Shown here in pieces: positions 60,317 through 64,000 of a stretch of DNA of 64,000 nt. The position numbers and the translations under genes are program-made. The stretch comes from a bacterium (GTDB lineage Bacteria; Patescibacteriota; Patescibacteriia; UBA9570): contig JAUYKW010000020.1 of the NCBI GenBank assembly GCA_030698395.1, positions 1,741 through 65,740 of the forward strand. Direction: 5' to 3'. Every line of letters begins with the position of its first letter. Position 1 is the stretch's first letter. The notes beneath the pieces were generated by a model. That model saw only the letters and a list, made by a program, of their open reading frames with translations, had not been told where the DNA came from and made no database searches.

Positions 60317-60475
60317 TTAGCAAAATTCACAATTACCATCAGAGTCAGTATCCAATTTTTGTTCACTACCACAACATTGCTGACAACAATAATCTTTATC
60401 TTCTTCTTGGTGAATTCCTTCTGATTTATTTTTCTCTTTTCCGCATTTAATACAAACAAATTTATCTTCTTCCAT
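60317..60475 (-). CDS. 52-aa Cys-rich metal-binding protein (not in ORF track)
   Basis: MEEDKFVCIKCGKEKNKSEGIHQEEDKDYCCQQCCGSEQKLDTDSDGNCEFC*, 8 Cys; first gene of the redox operon. Confidence 0.75.
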   Translation of the reverse strand: MEEDKFVCIKCGKEKNKSEGIHQEEDKDYCCQQCCGSEQKLDTDSDGNCEFC

Positions 60476-60613
60476 ATATTGAATATTAAGGTATAAAATT
60501 ATATATATTAAGTATACATCAATGTTTCTACTTATAAAAGCGATGCTAAATAACTTTCATTTTTGAATTTTCCTCTAAACTTATCTAGCAACTCAACCAT
60601 CGGAGGTAACGAG

Positions 60614-60736
60614 ATGTCTGATAGCAGAGTGTGTGGAAAGTGCAGTACATCGATCTACGCCCGTGGTGAGGCTCATCTGGTGCCGAACCCCCCACTCGGA
60701 CGGACGCTGGCACCAGCCCTCCCCTCGACGGGCTGA
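60614..60736 (+). CDS. GC-rich 40-aa ORF with CxxC (possible frameshifted remnant)
   Basis: GGAGGT 6 nt before ATG 60614; MSDSRVCGKCSTSIYARGEAHLVPNPPLGRTLAPALPSTG*. Confidence 0.4.
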   Translation: MSDSRVCGKCSTSIYARGEAHLVPNPPLGRTLAPALPSTG

Positions 60737-60932
60737 GAGTCGCCAAACGACAGGACCTCTTCGTCAGACGCAGTTTAGCAGCTGTTGTTCGATCGAAGGG
60801 GTCCATTCTTTTTACAAGAAATTTTTGCCAAAATACGCTTTACTTTTGCAAAACTTGATGCCATACTTTTAAAGTATTGGTTTTAATGATTATTCATGAA
60901 CTGGTACCAAGTTAATTATATAGTTACATTTC

Positions 60933-61187
60933 ATGGAAAATAAACTTTTTGTAGGTGGAATACCATTCCAATTATCAGAGGAAGAACTTCAAGCAGCCTT
61001 CGCACAAGCTGGAGAAGTTACATCTGTCAGAATTATTGTTGATAAAATGACCGGACGCTCACGTGGCTTCGGATTTGTAGAAATGTCATCTTCTGAACAA
61101 GCAAAAGCGGCAATGGAAATGTGGGACGGCAAGGAACTTGAAGGACGACAAATTGCTGTAAAGGAAGCAAAGGCACGAGAAGAATAA
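60933..61187 (+). CDS. RRM (RNP-1) RNA-binding protein
   Basis: KLFVGGI (RNP2), RSRGFGFVEM (RNP1). Confidence 0.95.
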   Translation: MENKLFVGGIPFQLSEEELQAAFAQAGEVTSVRIIVDKMTGRSRGFGFVEMSSSEQAKAAMEMWDGKELEGRQIAVKEAKAREE

Positions 61188-61241
61188 AGACAAAACATAC
61201 ACAACGCAAGATATTACAAAAAATCTAAACACGATAAAAAA

Positions 61242-61269
61242 GTAGAGACATGCCATGGCATGTCTCTAC
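61242..61269. repeat. GTAG-type REP-like perfect palindrome
   Basis: GTAGAGACATGCCATGGCATGTCTCTAC (28 bp) between convergent genes. Confidence 0.75.
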
Positions 61270-61327
61270 CTTTTATTAAATGATTCGATCAAACACCAGG
61301 ATAAACCCGGGGTTTTGCTTTTTCATT

Positions 61328-61663
61328 TTATATAACGTCCAGCAATTCAACGTCAAAATGAAGCACTGCTCCACCTGGTATTACATCACCTGCTCCAGAA
61401 TCGCCATATCCAAGTTCTGCTGGAATTACTAATTTTCGTTTCCCACCAACTTTCATACCAGCAACACCTTCATCCCAACCTTTTATTACCATCCCTGCAC
61501 CCAAATTAAATTTAAATGGTCCTCGACTAATAGAACTATCAAACTCCGTACCATCTTCTAAAGTTCCGGTATAATGAACACTAACCATATGTCCAGCCTC
61601 GGCTTCCTTGCCTTCGCCTACCTGTAAATCTTCATATTGTAAACCTGAAACTGTTGTTTCCAT
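61328..61663 (-). CDS. FKBP-type peptidyl-prolyl isomerase
   Basis: [36 protein letters not shown]. Confidence 0.95.
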   Translation of the reverse strand: METTVSGLQYEDLQVGEGKEAEAGHMVSVHYTGTLEDGTEFDSSISRGPFKFNLGAGMVIKGWDEGVAGMKVGGKRKLVIPAELGYGDSGAGDVIPGGAVLHFDVELLDVI

Positions 61664-61681
61664 ATTTTATTTTATTACTTG

Positions 61682-62842
61682 TTAAACTTGTCCATTTAAA
61701 CGCATTGGAGTTACAGAAACATCTCCTTTTCGTTCTTCCATTCCAGATACAGGCAATGTAAAAAAGAATTTTGATCCTTTATTTTCAACCGTTTCAAACC
61801 AAATTTTACCACCACATATTTCAACTATAGACTTAGCAAAATATAAGCCCAAACCATTTCCACTGATCTGTTCTTTTCTTGCATTATCACCACGGAAAAA
61901 TTTATCGAATATTCGGTGCTGTTGATCCTTTGTAATGTCCAGGCCATTATCTTCTATTAAGAAATAGATATCGTTTTCCTCTTGGCTAATTTTAACTACT
62001 ACCTTTCCTTTTGGATGCGAATATTTTATTGCATTCGATAACAAATTAGCAATTAATTCTCTCACTAATTTTCTATCAAGATTAATTTCCGGCAAATCAT
62101 CACTGACATCTTTAATAAATTCTATCTCTTTGTTTTTTATTGAACCTTGAAGTTCTTCAGAAATTATATCAACAAATTCTTTAATATTAGTAAGTTCAGG
62201 TTTGACTGTTAGTCTACCTGATTCAATACGTCCAACATTAAGTAATATAGAAACCAAATCATGTAAATGATCGCTAGACTTTTCTAACATTTCAATAGCA
62301 TCTTTTTGCTGATCACTTAGATTAGCAAAGTCTTCAAAACCTTTGAAAAGTTCTAATGACCAATTAATCCCAGTTAATGGTGTTTGCAACTGATGTACAG
62401 CAACTGATATAAAATCCGACTGTAATTTATCAATTTCTTTATGTAAGGTTATATCCTCTTCTGTTCCGATGTATCCCAATATTTTATGCTTTTCATCTAA
62501 AATTGGCGACACAATAACTTTAGAAACGTACTCCTCACCATTCTTTCTACGATTAGTTATCTCACCGCTAAAATTTTGCTTTTTAATTTTTATCGTATTC
62601 CACATTTCCTGATAAAATTCTTTACCCATTAATCCACCCCAAAGACTAGGTCTATTGCCAATAATTTCCTCAAGTGAATATCCAGTTATTCTAGCAACTG
62701 CAGGATTTGCATAAACAATTTTCGCATCAGGATCAGTTATAATAAAATGATTAAATGCGCTTTCACTAGCACGATGAAAAGGATTACCACCATCTGTTCT
62801 TTTTGATATATCAATGACAATTTGTGAAATCTCTTTAGCCAC
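61682..62842 (-). CDS. cytoplasmic PAS sensor histidine kinase
   Basis: PAS (YANPA...GYS.EE.IG, NRRKNGEEY), H-box AVHQLQTPLT, NLLSNAIKYS, GNGLGL. Confidence 0.92.
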   Translation of the reverse strand: MAKEISQIVIDISKRTDGGNPFHRASESAFNHFIITDPDAKIVYANPAVARITGYSLEEIIGNRPSLWGGLMGKEFYQEMWNTIKIKKQNFSGEITNRRKNGEEYVSKVIVSPILDEKHKILGYIGTEEDITLHKEIDKLQSDFISVAVHQLQTPLTGINWSLELFKGFEDFANLSDQQKDAIEMLEKSSDHLHDLVSILLNVGRIESGRLTVKPELTNIKEFVDIISEELQGSIKNKEIEFIKDVSDDLPEINLDRKLVRELIANLLSNAIKYSHPKGKVVVKISQEENDIYFLIEDNGLDITKDQQHRIFDKFFRGDNARKEQISGNGLGLYFAKSIVEICGGKIWFETVENKGSKFFFTLPVSGMEERKGDVSVTPMRLNGQV

Positions 62843-62985
62843 CTATTTTATGAAGTAATTAATAATATATTCCGAACCAGTATTATGATAGCTTACCAAG
62901 ACACAAATATAAAGTAAATACTAAAATAACTTTCATTGATACACTCTTTGATGTATACTTGGTTATATCATTAAATTTAAAAAAT

Positions 62986-63456
62986 ATGGCCAAATTAGAA
63001 ATTGGAGATAAGGCGCCTAATTTCATTCTACTAGATCAAAATGAAGCTTCTCATAGTTTAACTGACTATCTCGGCAAATGGATATTATTATATTTCTATC
63101 CCAAAGATAATACACCAGGTTGCACTAAAGAAGCCTGCGAATTAAGAAACTCATATACTGAATATAATAAAAATAATATTACAATTCTTGGTGTCAGCAC
63201 GGATTCTAGCAAAAGTCATAAAGGTTTTGCAGACAAAAACAATCTACCATTTACATTATTAGCAGACTCCGATAAAAAAGTGGTGACTCTTTATAATGTC
63301 CAAGGAGTAAAAAAAATATTTGGTAAAGAATTTAACGGCACAAAAAGAATTTCTTACCTAATTAATCCAGAAGGTAACATTGCAAAAATTTATCTAAAAG
63401 TTAAACCTACTGAACATGCATCGGAAGTTATTGCTGATGTGCTGAAAAAAATCTAA
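62986..63456 (+). CDS. bcp: thioredoxin-dependent thiol peroxidase (Bcp/PrxQ)
   Basis: YFYPKDNTPGCTKEAC, GVSTD; ATG 62986 preferred. Confidence 0.92.
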   Translation: MAKLEIGDKAPNFILLDQNEASHSLTDYLGKWILLYFYPKDNTPGCTKEACELRNSYTEYNKNNITILGVSTDSSKSHKGFADKNNLPFTLLADSDKKVVTLYNVQGVKKIFGKEFNGTKRISYLINPEGNIAKIYLKVKPTEHASEVIADVLKKI

Positions 63457-63466
63457 AGTAATATAT

Positions 63467-63499
63467 AAAAAACACCAGCTTACAGCCGGTGTTTTTTTA
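63467..63499. terminator. bidirectional intrinsic terminator
   Basis: aaaaaacacc-agcttacagcc-ggtgttttttt between convergent genes. Confidence 0.75.
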
Positions 63500-63500
63500 T

Positions 63501-63842
63501 TTAATTTTTTTCTGGTTGATATGCTCCAACCCCACCAGTCATATTGATGAAATGATATTGGGTCAATTTTGGTTTTAATTGTTTTTGTAAGTGACCAGAT
63601 GTTCCACCAGAATGACAGTACAAAACAAAGTAAGTTCCGTCCGGATACTTCTTCTCAAATAATTCATTCGATATGGGTATAGATCCAGCTACTGGCTGAT
63701 TAATCATATCTATTAATACAACTTCTATTCCTTGTTCCGAAAGCTCAGCTTTCTTTTTGTAGTATTCTTGCCATGTCCATTTGTCCGATCCTCCACCTTC
63801 TAGTGAACAAGCATTTTTTGTGTAAAGTTTTGAAATATCCAT
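63501..63842 (-). CDS. rhodanese-like domain protein
   Basis: FVLYCHSGGTS, NMTGG. Confidence 0.7.
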   Translation of the reverse strand: MDISKLYTKNACSLEGGGSDKWTWQEYYKKKAELSEQGIEVVLIDMINQPVAGSIPISNELFEKKYPDGTYFVLYCHSGGTSGHLQKQLKPKLTQYHFINMTGGVGAYQPEKN

Positions 63843-63885
63843 GCGATTTATACTAACAGTTTTTTTTATTTATGCAATATTTTAG

Positions 63886-64000
63886 CTATTCTTCGCTTGC
63901 TTCCTTTTTTCTTTGAGACGATCTATCAACTGAGAAAAACTTCTACTAATAGCCTGCAGTTTAGTTTGAACTATTGCAGGATCAGGACTTTCAATTAATA
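63886..64000 (-). CDS. 3' end of a CDS entering from beyond the window
   Basis: Open frame ...LIESPDPAIVQTKLQAISRSFSQLIDRLKEKKEASEE* ending TAG at 63886. Confidence 0.55.

Noticed and set aside
60625-60660. GGAAAGTGC as part of RNase P RNA
   Set aside because: The conserved GAGGAAAGTCC and 3' P4 elements are absent

Overview
Low-GC (visually about one third G+C) bacterial chromosome segment. The gene set suggests Patescibacteria/CPR (DUF5663 protein, membrane-anchored Clp ATPase, giant orphan proteins, SD-less genes); this is an inference. TGA is used as a stop codon. Housekeeping genes include tgt, recO, ileS (with a T-box leader), argS, smpB, tmRNA, infC-rpmI-rplT, rsmG, rarA, trmB, a glucan phosphorylase and bcp. 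Other features are a lexA/umuD-like plus Y-family polymerase operon with a GAAC-N4-GTTC operator inside its promoter, an ECF sigma/anti-sigma pair, a redox/metal operon ending in SRAP, and two giant orphan proteins (2223 aa and ~1818 aa, the latter with an amidoligase-like C-terminus). The main signal is a set of GC-rich, Shine-Dalgarno-bearing genes with no mobility genes nearby: a vWA membrane protein plus a 1015-aa tubulin/FtsZ-like GTPase (14948-19741), a small ORF (50962-51219) and a small ORF/structured patch (60585-60810). The first two lie 31 kb apart yet share a promoter-leader architecture (sigma70 promoter, GGTCT-N6/7-GGCATT-N8-AGATA, TTCTTTTGAT, CCAATAA, AGGAG SD). The tubulin gene is followed by a ~300-nt run of hairpins including a C(UUCG)G loop. 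All calls come from reading motifs by eye; no searches were run.
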